Origin: Spirochaetia bacterium
GTDB lineage: Bacteria; Spirochaetota; Spirochaetia; DSM-2461
NCBI GenBank assembly: GCA_963668315.1
Contig: OY764216.1
Coordinates: forward strand, 5,024,001 to 5,088,000
DNA length: 64,000 nt
Direction: 5' to 3'
Below the pieces are notes generated by a model, which saw only the letters and a list, made by a program, of their open reading frames with translations, did no database searches and was not told the DNA's origin. Positions 17,930-30,934 of this stretch are shown one piece after another. The first letter of the stretch is position 1. Each line of letters begins with the position of its first letter. Position numbers and translations under genes: made by a program.

Positions 17930-19920
17930 ATGCTGTTCCATAGGAAAGGATCAAAAAAAAAGAAACCGTCCAAGGGGGAGGCTTTTCCCGCTTCCCGGGG
18001 AGATACGGGCTTTAAAAAGGAAATGTGGCGCAATGATGAAGCTCAGAGGATTGCCCACTTCGGATATTGGGAATGGCATATAGCAAGCGGAAAAATCATC
18101 TGGTCCGATGAAATCTACCGCATATACGGACTCTCAAAAGAGGATTTCACCCTTGACCTGGATAACATATTTGACCATATCCATGAGAGAGACCGGGATA
18201 TGTGCATGGAAATTCTCAATAACACCATGGAGAACCATAAGCCGGGATGGTTTGAGATTCGTATAATCCGCCCGACCGGAGAGATACGCTGGTACGAATC
18301 GAGTGTTAAGCCTTTCTATGATGAAAAGGGAAATATCGATTACATTCTCGGGACCGGCCACGACATAACAGAGCGTAAGCGTGCCGAAAACCTGGCGGCG
18401 GAACGGGAGAGGCATCTGCGGGTTACATTGAACTCCATCGGTGACGGGGTCATCTCAACCGATGTCAATGGTGTTATAACGGATTTGAACCCTGTAGCGG
18501 AGGCACTTACCGGCTGGAACCGGTCAGAAGCCTCCGGAAAAGAGTTGAACCGGGTGTTTACGATATTCAATTCAGAAAAGGATAATAAACCGGTAGATCC
18601 CTCCCAGACCGTTCTTTCCGGGGGAAAACCGGTAAGATTCGCCCGGGGAATGACATTGAAAAAAAGGGAAGAAGGCACCCTTAAGATAGCCTGTAACGCC
18701 GCCCCGATTTTTGATGATGAAAATATACTCATCGGAACGGTGCTGGTATTCAGGGATATCAGCGAAGAGATCTCCCTCCAGGAGAAACTGCAGCAGAGCC
18801 AGAAACTGGAGGCCATCGGACAGCTTGCGGGAGGCATAGCCCATGATTTTAACAATGTCCTCGGAGGAATTATCGGAGCGGCGGATATCCTAGCCGCCCA
18901 TGTCGGGGATAAGGGGATAGTGAAAAATATATCAAACTGATTATTGAAGCCGCCGAACGCGCCTCGGAACTGACCAAGAACTTACTTCTTTTCGCACGAA
19001 AGCACCAGCAGACCCTGCAAGTTGTGGATATCCATGAAGTGATACAGGACACCTTGACGCTGCTGAAGAACACCACTGACCCCAGAGTAGAGATACGACA
19101 GAATCTTAAGTCGGAATCCTGGAAAACCGTCGGTGATTCATCCCATCTCCAGAGCGCCCTTCTTAACCTCTGCATTAATGCCGTTCATGCCATGCCCGAA
19201 GGCGGAACTCTTAGCATTGACACCCGGAACCGGGCCCTTGACGACGCTTACTGCCGGGCCAGTACCTTTGATGTGGTTCCCGGTAATTTCATTCAGATAG
19301 GGATAAGCGATACGGGATGCGGGATTTCCCCGGAGAACCTTTCCAGAATATTCGATCCTTTTTTCACCACCAAGAAAGTCGGTATGGGAAGCGGACTGGG
19401 ACTGGCCATGGTCTATGGAACAGTAAAGCAGTACGGCGGGGCGGTTACGGTTGAAAGCGAGCTATCCTCAGGAACCCGTTTCAAGATACTGCTTCCCGTG
19501 GCCGAAGAGAAGGACAATGCCGTTCGTAATCAGCCGGAAGAACCCGTGCCGGGTCAGGGAAGAATTCTCCTTATAGATGACGAACCCATGATGCGGGCGA
19601 CAGGAAGGAATATCCTGTCCGAGCTGGGCTATTCGGTAATTGAGGCGGCAGACGGGAAAGAAGGTCTTGATAAGTACCGCCGGGAATTTGAGACCCTGGA
19701 TCTCGTGATACTCGATATGATTATGCCTGTCATGAACGGGTTCGACTGTTTCCGCGGAATAAAAGAGATCAATCCCAACGCCCGCGTTCTCCTTTCGTCG
19801 GGATACACCCGTGACGAGAATGTGGAGCAGATGTTTGCAGAAGGCCTTTCGGGTTTTATCAGAAAGCCCTTCCGCATGGGGGAACTGAGTCACAAGATCA
19901 GCGATAGCCTGCACAGATAA
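17930..19920 (+). pseudogene. PAS-PAS hybrid histidine kinase/receiver, split by a frameshift near 18925
   Basis: H-box AGGIAHDFNN at end of ORF1; KYIKLIIEAAERASELT continues in the frame of ORF2 (HATPase+REC). Confidence 0.8.
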
Positions 19921-19921
19921 T

Positions 19922-21221
19922 GATAGAGCAACCCCTTTGTCTGTAAAATCAAAAAAGTTAATCAGTCTCCATATTTAAATACCGCTTACCTGTGAACCAT
20001 TGTTCATCTATTTCCATTAACAGAGCGGAAACCAATCTATCGACAGATTCCTTATTTGGAAATATCATAGCCACCTTCGTTCTTCTTTTAATTTCCCTCA
20101 TCTGACGTTCTGCCAGATTTGAAGTCCTTAACCTTCTCCAATGTGACTTTGGCATTTTAAAGATCGTGAGCGCTTCAGGAACATTCTGATCCATCCAACT
20201 GCTTAGTTCTGGCGCAGTTTTCTCATACTTCTTCACCGCCATAGAAAGAAAACGGTTAGCCTCCTCTCCATTGGGAGCGTTAAAAATGGTTCTTATATCC
20301 TCCGCGACCTCTTTATCCATACTTTTCTTTGGCACATGATGTCCCGCATTCTGTTGCAGATGGAACTGGCACCGCTGCCAGGGAACTGTTGGAAAAACCG
20401 ATTCTATTGCTGATCTCAGGCCGCTATGAGCATCGGAAGTTATCATCTTCACGCCATGGAGCCCCCGATCTACCAGACCGGAAAGAAAACCTCTCCAGTG
20501 TACATCGGCCTCACTGAGTTCTGTAGAAATACCCAATACTCGTCTCATCCCATTATTATCAACACCATAGGCAATTAGAACGGCTGCAGAAACAACAGTT
20601 CTATTCACTCGAGCCTTCTCATAAGTGGCGTCAACGACAAGATAAGGAAAAGCTCCCAGAGGACGATTACGCCATTTGGTGATCTCTTCATCAAGGAGAG
20701 CTGCCGCTTCTGAAACCTGCGATTGGGAAACTTCGAAGCCGCAGAGCTGTTCTACTATTTTGGTCACTCTGCGAGTTGATACGCCTTGGATGTACATCTG
20801 AGCTATGGCCATTTTCAGGGCTCTTTCGCTGCGGCACCCCTTTTCAATGCTGCCAGGATAGAATTCCATCCCACGGACCTGTGGGATCTCGATGGGAATT
20901 TCGCCGACTCGAGTCCGGATCTTTCTGCTCTTGTACCCATTCCTATGCCCAATACGATCATCGTTCCGTTCATAATGACTGGCTTGAATTGCCTTCTCCT
21001 GCTCTAACCGCATAGATAAATTCATTATTGAACTTATGACTTTTGTTAATCCTTCTCTATTCTCTGCCTGGAGGTCTTCAATCATTTGATCGAAAACGCT
21101 ATAGTAATCCTCGTTAGTCATGATGCCTTCTTTTGTTTTTCGTCGAACTAATCGAAGACTGATTGGCTAACTTTTTCAAGCCCCCTTTATTTCTAATTTA
21201 CAGACACTATTGTACACTATC
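19922..21221 (-). mobile_element. IS256-family insertion sequence
   Basis: Imperfect TIRs GATAG...TGTCTGTAAA; 8-bp TSD CAGATAAT at 19914-19921 and 21222-21229. Confidence 0.95.
19958..21121 (-). CDS. IS256-family transposase
   Basis: RNGYK, GVSTRRV, SDAHSGL, WQRCQFH, RTSNLAER. Confidence 0.95.
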   Translation of the reverse strand: MTNEDYYSVFDQMIEDLQAENREGLTKVISSIMNLSMRLEQEKAIQASHYERNDDRIGHRNGYKSRKIRTRVGEIPIEIPQVRGMEFYPGSIEKGCRSERALKMAIAQMYIQGVSTRRVTKIVEQLCGFEVSQSQVSEAAALLDEEITKWRNRPLGAFPYLVVDATYEKARVNRTVVSAAVLIAYGVDNNGMRRVLGISTELSEADVHWRGFLSGLVDRGLHGVKMITSDAHSGLRSAIESVFPTVPWQRCQFHLQQNAGHHVPKKSMDKEVAEDIRTIFNAPNGEEANRFLSMAVKKYEKTAPELSSWMDQNVPEALTIFKMPKSHWRRLRTSNLAERQMREIKRRTKVAMIFPNKESVDRLVSALLMEIDEQWFTGKRYLNMETD

Positions 21222-21264
21222 CAGATAATCCTTTCCATTACGTATATACCCAGGTAATACTCCC

Positions 21265-23382
21265 CTATTCCAGCGCTTCCGGTCGGGAGAAAAGAAATCC
21301 CTGAATGATTCTCAGCGAAGTGGTTTTTATTTTTTCCAGCTGCCGTTCCGTCTCCACTCCTTCCGCCACGATCTCATAGTTGTATATCCGTGCGATATTG
21401 CAGAATACTTCAAATAGCTGGAAGGCTTTGGGATCCTCCAGTATCTTGCTTATAAAGGATTTGTCAATTTTCATCTCGTCGAATCTCATTTTGGTAAGAT
21501 AGTTCAGTGAGGAGTAGCCCGTACCGAAATCATCAATCGATATCCGTATTCCCAGGTCATGAAGATTATCGATAATACGGTTTATCCTCTCCGAGTCGGA
21601 AATAAAGACATCTTCGGTGATTTCCAGAATCAGCTTTCCCGGGGGGATCTCATGACGCTCGAACTGACCTTTCAGATATTCGTAACAGCCTGTATCAATG
21701 AAATAGGCCGGGGATATATTAACCGACAGGGATATATCTCGGTTGTATTTCTTCTTCAGCTTCTCATAATCGGCCAGGACTTTTTCAATCATATAATGGC
21801 TGAACTCCGTCACCATGTTCTGGCTGTCTATGGCGGGGATAAACACGGCGGGAGAGACAAAGCCCAGCTCCTTCGAATTCCACCTGGCCAGGGCTTCCAC
21901 CCCGATAACCCGCCCGGTTCGGCAATCAACCTGGGCCTGGTAATAGGCGGTCATTTCCCTCTCCTTCAACGCCTTGGCAAGATAGCGCTTCATGGCCAAT
22001 TCGTTCTCCAGGGAGATCCGGATATCCTCATGGTACTCCTGCATTCCCATCATCTTCCCATCTTTGCCGAATTTCATGGCCATGCTGACCTTCTCGTACA
22101 GTTCCCCGAAGGAGCTGCCCTGGGAGGGATAGGATACCATGGCAAGCTGAAGATCGATAATCTGCCCGTATCCCTTGCGGTGGATGTAATCCTTGACCGA
22201 CTGCCTCAGGCCATAAACAAGGTCGATGACCTCCCCATGGCTGACATTTTCCATCCAGAGGGTGAATTCGTAGCTGCTCGTCCGGGCAATATACAAATCG
22301 GTCTCTCTCAGCTGCTGGAAGTAGGTCCCGATGATTTTCAGGAGACGGTCACCCTGCCTGTATCCCAGGGTGGAGTTGATGATTTTCAGACCCTGGATAT
22401 CTATCTGGACCATATAACCGGTGATACTCCGGCGGGAGATCCTCTTCTTGATATAGTTTTCAAGACCGTGTCTGTTGGGTAGTCCCGAAAGATCGTCATG
22501 GAAGGCAAGATAGCTGATATACTTCTCTTTCTTTTCGAGATTCTCCCTGGCCCCCTTCAGGGAACTGATCATGTGGTTGTACCCCTCGACCAGGAGGGCT
22601 ATTTCATCTTTGTGATAACTCTTCTCAACCGGTTCATAAATATCGGAGGCGACCTTCCCCATCCCCCGGGCGACGGAAACTACCGGCGCAGCCACTTTTC
22701 TTACGTAAATAATGATGACCCAGGATACAATCAGTATGAGAAGGCTTATGGTCACTCCCAGCACCAGCAGGATCATATTGGCGGCCTGATTGAAATCGAT
22801 CTCGTAGGCCGTGGCCACGACAATCCAGTCCCAGGGTTCATAATAGCGGCTGTAGGAGATTTTCCTGGCCACCCGTTCCGAATGGGGAAGCCACCATGAA
22901 TAATAGACAAAACCTCCCCCGCTCTTCCCCGTCTCTATCTGCTCCCGAACCAGAAAACGCTCGCTGTTTTCCAGGTCGGTCACATCCAGAACATTCTGAC
23001 CTTCCAGTGAGGGATGGAGGATCTCATTGCCCGAGGAATCATAGATGATGAAGTAGCCGTGGCGGCCCAGATCAATCCTGCCGTGCAATGTACGCGTACC
23101 GTCCGCTTCATTCAAGGACCCCATCAGCAGCTCTTTAATATGTTCCTGTGATAACTCCCGGCTTACGAGGCCCGAATCCACCTTGCCGTATTCCGACTCG
23201 ATCAAATCGACCGCCTGAAAGACACTGTTTTTTAATATCTGCTCTCCCCTCTTGTTCAAGCCGTTCCTGGCAATGAAGTATCCGGCGAAACCGATAATAA
23301 GGCTGGAGAGACTGAGAAGAATTATATAAATAAGAATCAGCTTTTTCGCATAATTTGAACCTTTCGGTGTAATTCTTTTCAT
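21265..23382 (-). CDS. Cache-HAMP-GGDEF(degenerate)-EAL c-di-GMP phosphodiesterase
   Basis: Two TM, HDDLSGLPNR, EALARW, IDDFGTGYSSL; GGDEF replaced by SSYEF. Confidence 0.9.
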   Translation of the reverse strand: MKRITPKGSNYAKKLILIYIILLSLSSLIIGFAGYFIARNGLNKRGEQILKNSVFQAVDLIESEYGKVDSGLVSRELSQEHIKELLMGSLNEADGTRTLHGRIDLGRHGYFIIYDSSGNEILHPSLEGQNVLDVTDLENSERFLVREQIETGKSGGGFVYYSWWLPHSERVARKISYSRYYEPWDWIVVATAYEIDFNQAANMILLVLGVTISLLILIVSWVIIIYVRKVAAPVVSVARGMGKVASDIYEPVEKSYHKDEIALLVEGYNHMISSLKGARENLEKKEKYISYLAFHDDLSGLPNRHGLENYIKKRISRRSITGYMVQIDIQGLKIINSTLGYRQGDRLLKIIGTYFQQLRETDLYIARTSSYEFTLWMENVSHGEVIDLVYGLRQSVKDYIHRKGYGQIIDLQLAMVSYPSQGSSFGELYEKVSMAMKFGKDGKMMGMQEYHEDIRISLENELAMKRYLAKALKEREMTAYYQAQVDCRTGRVIGVEALARWNSKELGFVSPAVFIPAIDSQNMVTEFSHYMIEKVLADYEKLKKKYNRDISLSVNISPAYFIDTGCYEYLKGQFERHEIPPGKLILEITEDVFISDSERINRIIDNLHDLGIRISIDDFGTGYSSLNYLTKMRFDEMKIDKSFISKILEDPKAFQLFEVFCNIARIYNYEIVAEGVETERQLEKIKTTSLRIIQGFLFSRPEALE

Positions 23383-23467
23383 ACTGAATTAATCATAATT
23401 CATGGAAGCCGGGCTATGCAAATTCTCTTTCTTTGCTATTCCTTACCAATTATATTACAATTCCACT

Positions 23468-24511
23468 ATGATGAGTTCATTTGAAAAACCCACAGTGCTC
23501 GTGGTTGACGATATGCCCGATAATATTTCCCTCCTAACCGGCATCCTTTCCAGGGATTACAGGGTAAAAGCTTCCAATAACGGCAAGTCCGCCATAAGCC
23601 TGGCCCTGAAGGCGCCTCCCCACATCATTCTGCTGGATGTGATGATGGGGGGGATGGACGGCTACGAAGTCTGCCGCCAATTGAAAGCCGATCCCAGGAC
23701 CCGGAATATCCCGGTTATATTCGTGACGGCCCTGGGAAATATGCAGGACGAACAGCGGGGATTCGAAGCGGGAGCCGTTGATTATATAACCAAGCCTTTC
23801 AGCCCCTCCATTGTTCTCGCCCGAGTAAATACCCATCTCTCCCTGCACAGGCAGAACAGTATTCTGGAAGGGGAAGTCAAAGCCAGGACACAAGAGCTGG
23901 AGCAGAGCCGTTTCGAGATTATCTACAGACTGGGCCTGGCCGCCGAATTCCGGGATAACGAGACGGGAAAGCATGTTCTCCGCATCGGGTACATAACAAG
24001 GATTCTGGCTCTGGCCATGGGGCTTGACCGCAAGGAAGCGGATATTATCCTCAACGCCGCCCCGATGCATGACGTGGGGAAAATCGGGATTCCGGACAGC
24101 ATACTCCAAAAGCCCGGCCCTCTGACGAAAATGGAACGGGACATTATGAAACGCCATGCCCGCCTGGGGGCCGATCTCATAGGCGAGCATAGGGACAGCC
24201 TTCTTTCGACGGCCGCGTCGGCTGCACTCAATCATCATGAAAGATGGGACGGAGAGGGATACCCCAGGGGATTGAAGGAGGAGGAGATTCCCCTGATTGG
24301 ACGTCTGACGGCCATAGCCGATGTGTTTGACGCTCTGACCAGCAAAAGGCCTTATAAAGACCCCTGGCCGGAAGAGAGGGCCATTGATTATATCAAGGAT
24401 GAATCGGGCAGACAGTTTGATCCGAATCTCGTCCCCCTGTTCACAGAGAATATTGAAGAGATTCTCGAGATACGAAAAGCCAACTCCGACGAAGGAGAAA
24501 TGGATTACTAG
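23468..24511 (+). CDS. REC + HD-GYP response regulator (RpfG-like)
   Basis: VLVVDD, HDVGKIG, HHERWDGEGYP. Confidence 0.9.
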   Translation: MMSSFEKPTVLVVDDMPDNISLLTGILSRDYRVKASNNGKSAISLALKAPPHIILLDVMMGGMDGYEVCRQLKADPRTRNIPVIFVTALGNMQDEQRGFEAGAVDYITKPFSPSIVLARVNTHLSLHRQNSILEGEVKARTQELEQSRFEIIYRLGLAAEFRDNETGKHVLRIGYITRILALAMGLDRKEADIILNAAPMHDVGKIGIPDSILQKPGPLTKMERDIMKRHARLGADLIGEHRDSLLSTAASAALNHHERWDGEGYPRGLKEEEIPLIGRLTAIADVFDALTSKRPYKDPWPEERAIDYIKDESGRQFDPNLVPLFTENIEEILEIRKANSDEGEMDY

Positions 24512-27500
24512 ATGAAACTCCGAACTTTCTTTACCGGGGCCCTGCTCCTCTCCCTTTCTCTCTTCTTCACGGGACAGTACTTGATAACGGACAGATTTAT
24601 GAGCAGGGGCCTCACAGAAATGGAAAATATGGATCTTGAGGAAGAGATTATTCAGATTCAGAAAGGCCTCACGGACCGGATGGTGCTGTTGGATATTCTT
24701 CTGAAGGAGTATGCCACCAGAGCGGATATCGGCCGGTTCATAGAGGGCACGAGCGGGATTTCTCCCGATGAGATCCTTGACCCGGGTAATCTGGCTCCTT
24801 CGGATATCCTGTCCGAAGTCATTCTGGACAGGGAGGGCAATACTCTATTCACCGGGGGGGAGACTCTACCGGATATTCCCCGGCAGATCTCCTCGTTTCC
24901 CCTGATGAATCGGGAGACGGGAATGCGGGGAGGAATGATCTCCCTGGGAGATAAACCGGGGCTTCTTCTGATACGGCCCGTGCCGGGGTCTTACGGAGAA
25001 GAGCCTCCCCAGGGTTCGCTGATCTTCCTTTGCTCCCTTTTCCGGGAAGGCCCCCTCTCCGGGGAAGAGAGCGGACATTCACAGGTGAAAGTTGACATGC
25101 TCACTCCTTCCGAAAGGGAAAATTATGCCGGGAAGAGGGATATTTTCTTTACCCGGGCAGGCAGTGTCATTACCGGTTCACTCCCCCTCGTTGATATCTA
25201 CGGAACGCCGATTGCTCTGATTTCCGCTGAAAAGCCCTGGCTGTATTCCCGGTACCATGACATTGTCCTCAGAAAAAGCCATATCGCCCTGGTCATCTAT
25301 CTGGTGATCATGGGGGCCGCCATCTATCTCTCCTTCAGCCGTATTCTCTTCTCACGGCTAGAGAGGTTTCTCGGGCAGATCAGGGAGATTTCCAGAACGG
25401 GCAGCCACCGCGGAAGAACCAGACTCACCGGTGACGATGAAATTGGGGAACTGAGCACCACGGTGAACGAAATGCTGGACAGCCTGGAAAGATCCGAAAA
25501 GGTTATAAGGCAGAGCGAGAATTACCTTTCCCGCCTGACCAATGCCGTCCCCACGGGTATCTATCTGATTGATCCTGAAACCCGGACTCTCGCCGAGATG
25601 AATGATTACGCCCTGAATCTGCTGGGACGGAACAGGAAAGATGTGATAGGCAAGAGATGTAAGGACGTGGTCTGTTCCCCCGAGTACTGCTGCCTCGAAA
25701 GTGAGTTTGATTCCGAGCATACCTTTATGAAGAGGTACGTCATATCAAAAGACGGCCGAAGAATTCCCGTGTTGAAATCCTATTCGAGAATTGAAAAGGA
25801 CAATAAGGAATATATTCTGGAAACGATCACCGATATCTCCGATCTCGAGAAACTGACCGGTGAATTAATGGAAGCCCGGGAAAATCTGGAGAGAAAAGTC
25901 AAGGAGAGGACAGCCCGCCTGGAGGCTGTTATCAATACGGCCATCAACGGGATCGTTGTCTTTGACAGGGAGGGGACAATAACCGACTTCAGCAGTTCCG
26001 CCGAAGAAGTCCTGCTCTACAGAGCCGACGATATCATAGGAAAGAAGATTGATATATTCATAGCTCCGCCCCACAGGGACAGAATATCCGAGGGACTGGC
26101 CAATTTCCTGGGAGCGGATCCGCTGAATTTTCTGGGGAAACGCCATCGCATCAAGGGCATAAAAGAGGGGGGAGAGATATTCCCCATGGAAATAGCCGTC
26201 AATAAAATGGTTAATGGGGATGATGTCTTTTTTGTCTCCGTTCTTAGGGATATAACGACGGAGCAGGAGTTCCAGAATTCCATAAAAAGAGAGAAGGAGC
26301 AGCTTGAGAGGATACTGGAAACAAGCCCTATTGGAGTAGGTATATATGTGGGCTATGAGGCAAAATATCTGAACACGGCCATGAAAAGGATGGGACTTTC
26401 CGAAGGTTCAATTCTGAAGGACCCCTGCATTTCCGGGGAAAGGGAAAAGGAACTGGCAGAGCTTTTTGCCCGGGATGGTTTTTTCTTCAATCAGAATGTC
26501 CATTTCCATGGGAAGGAGAAGCCCCTGGATCTGCTTCTGTCGGCCTACCGCCTGGAATATGACGGGGAAGAGGCCGTCGTCGGGTGGAATGTTGACATTA
26601 CCGACTGGAAAAGTCTGGAAGGCGAACTGAACCAGAGCAGGCAGAAGTATAAGGATCTTCTCGAAAACCTGGGCAGGAATTTCCTTATTTACAGCCATAC
26701 CGGTGAAGGGGAATTCCTGTTCATCAGCGAGGGGGTCTCCTCAGTTTTCGGCATGAAAAGCGACGATGTGATCGGCAGAAAATGGCAGGAAGTATTCGAG
26801 TGGACATCCGGTTCGGTGGAAAGGACGGAAAAGCACTTTGAAGCCTTTGCCCGGGGGGAGACGGACTTTATACAGATTGAGATGGAGTATAAACATCCCG
26901 ACGGCTCAATCCGCACCATACTGAACTCCTGCCACCCGGAAAGGGATGACAGAAACCGCATTCTCTCAATAGAAGGTCTGGTCGAAGATATCACCGAGCG
27001 GAATTTTATGGAGAGGGAGATCGAGCAGAGCCGGTTGAGATACAGGCAGCTGGTGGAGGAACTGGGAAATAAGTTTCTCATCTACAGCCATGATCTTGAA
27101 GGGATCTTTCTGTTCGGAAGCGAGGGCTTCAAAACGATCTTTGCCAGGGAGCCCGATTCGGTGGTGGGCCGGGAGTGGATGTCCTTTATAGAATGGCTCC
27201 CCGGCTCGGTGGAACGGGCGGCGGCTAATGTGCAGTCCTTCGTGGATGACAGAAATCACAACTTCAACCAGTTCGAAATGAGCTTTCTCCTTCCGGACGG
27301 ATCGGAAAAAACGATCATGGTGTCCCACCACCCCGTCAGGGATAAATGGGGAAAGGTACTGAGAGTAGACGGTCTGGCGGAAGATATCACGGACCGTAAA
27401 AAAGCCGAGGAGGAACTCGCCCAGGCCAGGGAAGCCGCCGAGAAGGCCTCCCGCATCAAATCGGAATTCCTCGCCAATATGTCCCATGAGATAAGAACCC

Positions 27501-29641
27501 CGATGAATGCCATCATCGGCCTGACCCATCTGGCCCTCCAATCGGGACTCACCGCCAGACAGTACGACTATATATCCAAAGTCAGACGATCCGCCGATAA
27601 TCTGCTCGGCATCATCAATGACATTCTGGATTTCTCAAAAATCGAAGCGGGGAAAATCATACTGGAGCATGTGGATTTTTACCTGGAGGATGTTCTCGAG
27701 CATATTTCCGTGATGGTGAAGCATCAGCTGGACGAATCGGAGCTGGAACTGCTCTTTGATATACCCGAGAACATCCAGACCGCCCTCGTGGGTGACCCTC
27801 TGAGACTGAGTCAGATCCTTCTGAATTTCAGCTCCAACGCCGTGAAGTTTACCGAAAAGGGAGAAATTATCCTGGCCGTACGCTTCGAGGAACGACGGGG
27901 GAATACAGGGCGCTATCATTTCTGGGTAAAAGACACGGGCATCGGAATATCGGAACAGCAGATGGCGGTTCTGTTCAGTGAATTCAGTCAGGCAGACAGC
28001 TCGACGACACGAAAATACGGAGGAACCGGCCTGGGACTTGCCATATCCAAAAAAATTGTGGAGCTGATGGGAGGAGAGGTCTGGGTCGAAAGCGAAGTGG
28101 GCATGGGAAGCACTTTCCATATGAGGGTCGACCTGGAACTTCAGGAGAAGGAAAACGGGCTTGTCTATAACAGGGATGAGCTCCGGAATATCCGCCTGCT
28201 GGTGGTGGATGACAACCCCGCGGCCCTTCAGATAATGGAGGAGATGCTCCGGTCCTTCGGATTTACGGCCGAACTGTGCAAAACGTCGGACGAAGCGGTC
28301 CGGAAGCTGCTGGAGCCTCCTGAGGCGGGCTGGGACCTGGTCCTCATGGACTGGAATCTTCCCGGGAAAAGCGGCATTGAAATCTGCCGGGAGATAAATA
28401 ATATGTCCGGTGCCCCCGCCCTTCCGGGGGTTATCCTGCTCACGGCCTATGCCGAGGAAGATGCCCGGAAAGCCGGAGAGGATATACCGCAGATTAAGAA
28501 GTATCTTTCCAAACCGGTTCTGCCGTCCGTTCTGCTTGACAGCATCATGACCTCCCTCGGCAAAAAGACCATGCAGAAGCCCAGAAAGATACGCCATGAC
28601 GGGAAGCTGGAAGAGATCAAACAGAAACTGGCGGGGGCAAGGATTCTTCTGGTGGAGGACAATAAAATCAACCAGGAAGTCGCCGTCGAACTGCTGGAGA
28701 GCAGCGGGATCACGGTGGCCCTTGCCGAGAACGGTCTGGAAGCCCTGGAAGCACTGGACAGGGAGGAGTTCGACGGGGTTCTTATGGATTGCCAGCTTCC
28801 CCTGATGGACGGTTACGAAGCGACGGAGAAGATCAGGGAGCAGTCCCGTTTCAGCGATCTGCCGGTTATCGCCATGACGGCGAATGTCCTCTCCGGGGAC
28901 CGGGAGAAAGCCATGAGACACGGGATGAACGACCATATAGGAAAACCGATTAATCCTGTGGATTTCTTCACGACAATAGCGAAATGGGTGACCCCGGCAA
29001 ATCCCCTTCCCTCCGCCGGAAGGCTCCCCTCCGCCTCCTTGCCTGAGAAGGAGATTCCCGAACTGGCCCATCTTGACAGGGATAGGGGACTAAAGGTCGT
29101 ACAGAACAGTAAATCGGCCTACCTGAAAATCCTCAGCCAGTTTGCCGGTCTCTACAGAGATTTCGGGAAAGCCTTTTCCGAAGCTCTCGGGAGCACTCAG
29201 CCGGAAGAAGCCGTCCGTCTGGCCCACTCCCTGAAGGGATCGGCGGGAAATATCGGAGCCGATGCCCTGCACGGGGAAGCCTCTCTCCTGGAAGCGGTCT
29301 GCCGGGAAAGCCCCGGTTCCCCCGCCGCGGAAGAGCAGTTTCATCGGGTGGCAGAGCTCCTGGAACCTCTTGTGGAAGAGATCCTCCAGAAAATTCCCTC
29401 CCCTCCCCCCGAAGGGAAGGAGACAACGCTTAAAGCTGATGTCAACCTCAGAGGAGAGCTTATGGAACGGATCAGGCAGCTCCTTAAGGAGAGCGATACG
29501 GAAGTTCTCTCCCTGGTGAACGAACTGGCCGAATCCCTTGGAAAGGACAGGTTCAATCTCCCCTTCAGGAAATTCGCCAGCTCGGTGGAAAATTACGAAT
29601 TCGAAACAGCCCTGGAGGAACTGGAGAAACTCGATCTCTAG
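24512..29641 (+). CDS. Multi-PAS hybrid sensor kinase (HAMP, PAS, HisKA, HATPase, 2 REC, Hpt)
   Basis: [31 protein letters not shown]. Confidence 0.9.
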   Translation: MKLRTFFTGALLLSLSLFFTGQYLITDRFMSRGLTEMENMDLEEEIIQIQKGLTDRMVLLDILLKEYATRADIGRFIEGTSGISPDEILDPGNLAPSDILSEVILDREGNTLFTGGETLPDIPRQISSFPLMNRETGMRGGMISLGDKPGLLLIRPVPGSYGEEPPQGSLIFLCSLFREGPLSGEESGHSQVKVDMLTPSERENYAGKRDIFFTRAGSVITGSLPLVDIYGTPIALISAEKPWLYSRYHDIVLRKSHIALVIYLVIMGAAIYLSFSRILFSRLERFLGQIREISRTGSHRGRTRLTGDDEIGELSTTVNEMLDSLERSEKVIRQSENYLSRLTNAVPTGIYLIDPETRTLAEMNDYALNLLGRNRKDVIGKRCKDVVCSPEYCCLESEFDSEHTFMKRYVISKDGRRIPVLKSYSRIEKDNKEYILETITDISDLEKLTGELMEARENLERKVKERTARLEAVINTAINGIVVFDREGTITDFSSSAEEVLLYRADDIIGKKIDIFIAPPHRDRISEGLANFLGADPLNFLGKRHRIKGIKEGGEIFPMEIAVNKMVNGDDVFFVSVLRDITTEQEFQNSIKREKEQLERILETSPIGVGIYVGYEAKYLNTAMKRMGLSEGSILKDPCISGEREKELAELFARDGFFFNQNVHFHGKEKPLDLLLSAYRLEYDGEEAVVGWNVDITDWKSLEGELNQSRQKYKDLLENLGRNFLIYSHTGEGEFLFISEGVSSVFGMKSDDVIGRKWQEVFEWTSGSVERTEKHFEAFARGETDFIQIEMEYKHPDGSIRTILNSCHPERDDRNRILSIEGLVEDITERNFMEREIEQSRLRYRQLVEELGNKFLIYSHDLEGIFLFGSEGFKTIFAREPDSVVGREWMSFIEWLPGSVERAAANVQSFVDDRNHNFNQFEMSFLLPDGSEKTIMVSHHPVRDKWGKVLRVDGLAEDITDRKKAEEELAQAREAAEKASRIKSEFLANMSHEIRTPMNAIIGLTHLALQSGLTARQYDYISKVRRSADNLLGIINDILDFSKIEAGKIILEHVDFYLEDVLEHISVMVKHQLDESELELLFDIPENIQTALVGDPLRLSQILLNFSSNAVKFTEKGEIILAVRFEERRGNTGRYHFWVKDTGIGISEQQMAVLFSEFSQADSSTTRKYGGTGLGLAISKKIVELMGGEVWVESEVGMGSTFHMRVDLELQEKENGLVYNRDELRNIRLLVVDDNPAALQIMEEMLRSFGFTAELCKTSDEAVRKLLEPPEAGWDLVLMDWNLPGKSGIEICREINNMSGAPALPGVILLTAYAEEDARKAGEDIPQIKKYLSKPVLPSVLLDSIMTSLGKKTMQKPRKIRHDGKLEEIKQKLAGARILLVEDNKINQEVAVELLESSGITVALAENGLEALEALDREEFDGVLMDCQLPLMDGYEATEKIREQSRFSDLPVIAMTANVLSGDREKAMRHGMNDHIGKPINPVDFFTTIAKWVTPANPLPSAGRLPSASLPEKEIPELAHLDRDRGLKVVQNSKSAYLKILSQFAGLYRDFGKAFSEALGSTQPEEAVRLAHSLKGSAGNIGADALHGEASLLEAVCRESPGSPAAEEQFHRVAELLEPLVEEILQKIPSPPPEGKETTLKADVNLRGELMERIRQLLKESDTEVLSLVNELAESLGKDRFNLPFRKFASSVENYEFETALEELEKLDL

Positions 29642-30672
29642 TTCCGGCCGGCCATAGCCTTCCTGACGGCTTCCCGGGCATTCAGGTCGGCTTTAATCAC
29701 CTCGTCGCACCAGATGTCGAATTCCCGGTCCTCCCTCTGCAGCTCTTCATGGGCCAGGACATATTCCACGGTTCTGGCGATCCCCTGGTCGAAACGGACG
29801 GCGGCGGAGAACCCGGGGACAAGCCGCTTGAGCTTGGCGTTGTCAAAAACGACGCTGTTCGCCTTGTCTCCCATCAGTCCGCCGGTAAAGTCGTACACAC
29901 CGCCGGCAGCCAGAAACTCGCTGGAAATATGAACGGCCCTGAGCTCCCGCCCCAGCGCCCCGGCAATGGCCTTATAAATCTGATTCCAGGTCAGGCTCTC
30001 GTCACTGGTAATCTGCACCGCTTCACCCAGGGCATGAAGATTCCCCATCAATCCGATAAACGCCCGGGCGAAGTCGCTGTTATGAGTCATGGTCCAGAGA
30101 GAAGTTCCGTCGCCGTGGATAATGACTCTCTTCCCCTCAAGTATCCTCCGGGCAATCTGCCAGCTGCCGTTCCGCCCGTGTACTCCCAGGGGAATGGACC
30201 GTTCGTCATAGGTATGGCTGGGCCTGATAATGGTCACGGGAAAGCCTTTTTCCCGGTACTGTTTCATAAGATAATCTTCGCAGGCGATCTTGTTGCGGGA
30301 ATACTCCCAGTAAGGATTGGCCAGGGGCGTCCCCTCGGTGATGCGGAAGTCGGAGAGGGGCTTCTGGTAGGCCGAAGCGGAACTGATGAACATGAACTGC
30401 TTTGTCCGACCGGCGAAGAGTTCATAATCCCTCTCAAGCTGTTCAGGGGTAAAGGCGATGAAATCCGCCACCACGTCAAAATCCCTGTCACCCAGCAGCT
30501 CCCGCACCCGGGGCAGATCATTTATGTCCGCAATAAGCTGATGGAGATTCTCTCCCGAAAATACCCCGCGGGTTCCCCGGTTTATCAGATAGAGCTCATG
30601 GCCCTCCTCAAGAAGCTGCCGGGAAATGGCCGTGCTGATTGTACCGGTTCCCCCGATGAATAAAATTCGCAT
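29638..30672 (-). CDS. NAD-dependent epimerase/dehydratase family protein
   Basis: GGTGTIS, YSRNK. Confidence 0.85.
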   Translation of the reverse strand: MRILFIGGTGTISTAISRQLLEEGHELYLINRGTRGVFSGENLHQLIADINDLPRVRELLGDRDFDVVADFIAFTPEQLERDYELFAGRTKQFMFISSASAYQKPLSDFRITEGTPLANPYWEYSRNKIACEDYLMKQYREKGFPVTIIRPSHTYDERSIPLGVHGRNGSWQIARRILEGKRVIIHGDGTSLWTMTHNSDFARAFIGLMGNLHALGEAVQITSDESLTWNQIYKAIAGALGRELRAVHISSEFLAAGGVYDFTGGLMGDKANSVVFDNAKLKRLVPGFSAAVRFDQGIARTVEYVLAHEELQREDREFDIWCDEVIKADLNAREAVRKAMAGRN

Positions 30673-30817
30673 GATATGCCTCCTCGCTCTCCTATCTTAA
30701 CATGGAATCCCTTTAAGGCCAAATCATCGGATAAACCCGGATAATCCCGTAAAATGCAAAACCGTTGATTATTACCGCCGTCTGTGCCATAATGGCTCAA
30801 AATATTCTCATTATTCA

Positions 30818-30906
30818 AGGCAAAGTAGAAACACAGCCCCGTAGGTAGTCCGGGCGGTCTTTCACAGAAAGATCCAGTAACCGTCTTATGATGTCCGTCT
30901 TTGCCT
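30818..30906 (+). ncRNA. yjdF (azaaromatic) riboswitch-like RNA
   Basis: P1 AGGCAAAG/CTTTGCCT; AAACAC, GGTAGTCCGG, CAGTAACC, GATGTCC blocks; directly 5' of a yjdF-family gene. Confidence 0.8.
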
Positions 30907-30934
30907 CTAGGTAAGTTATATCTGGAGGTATAAT

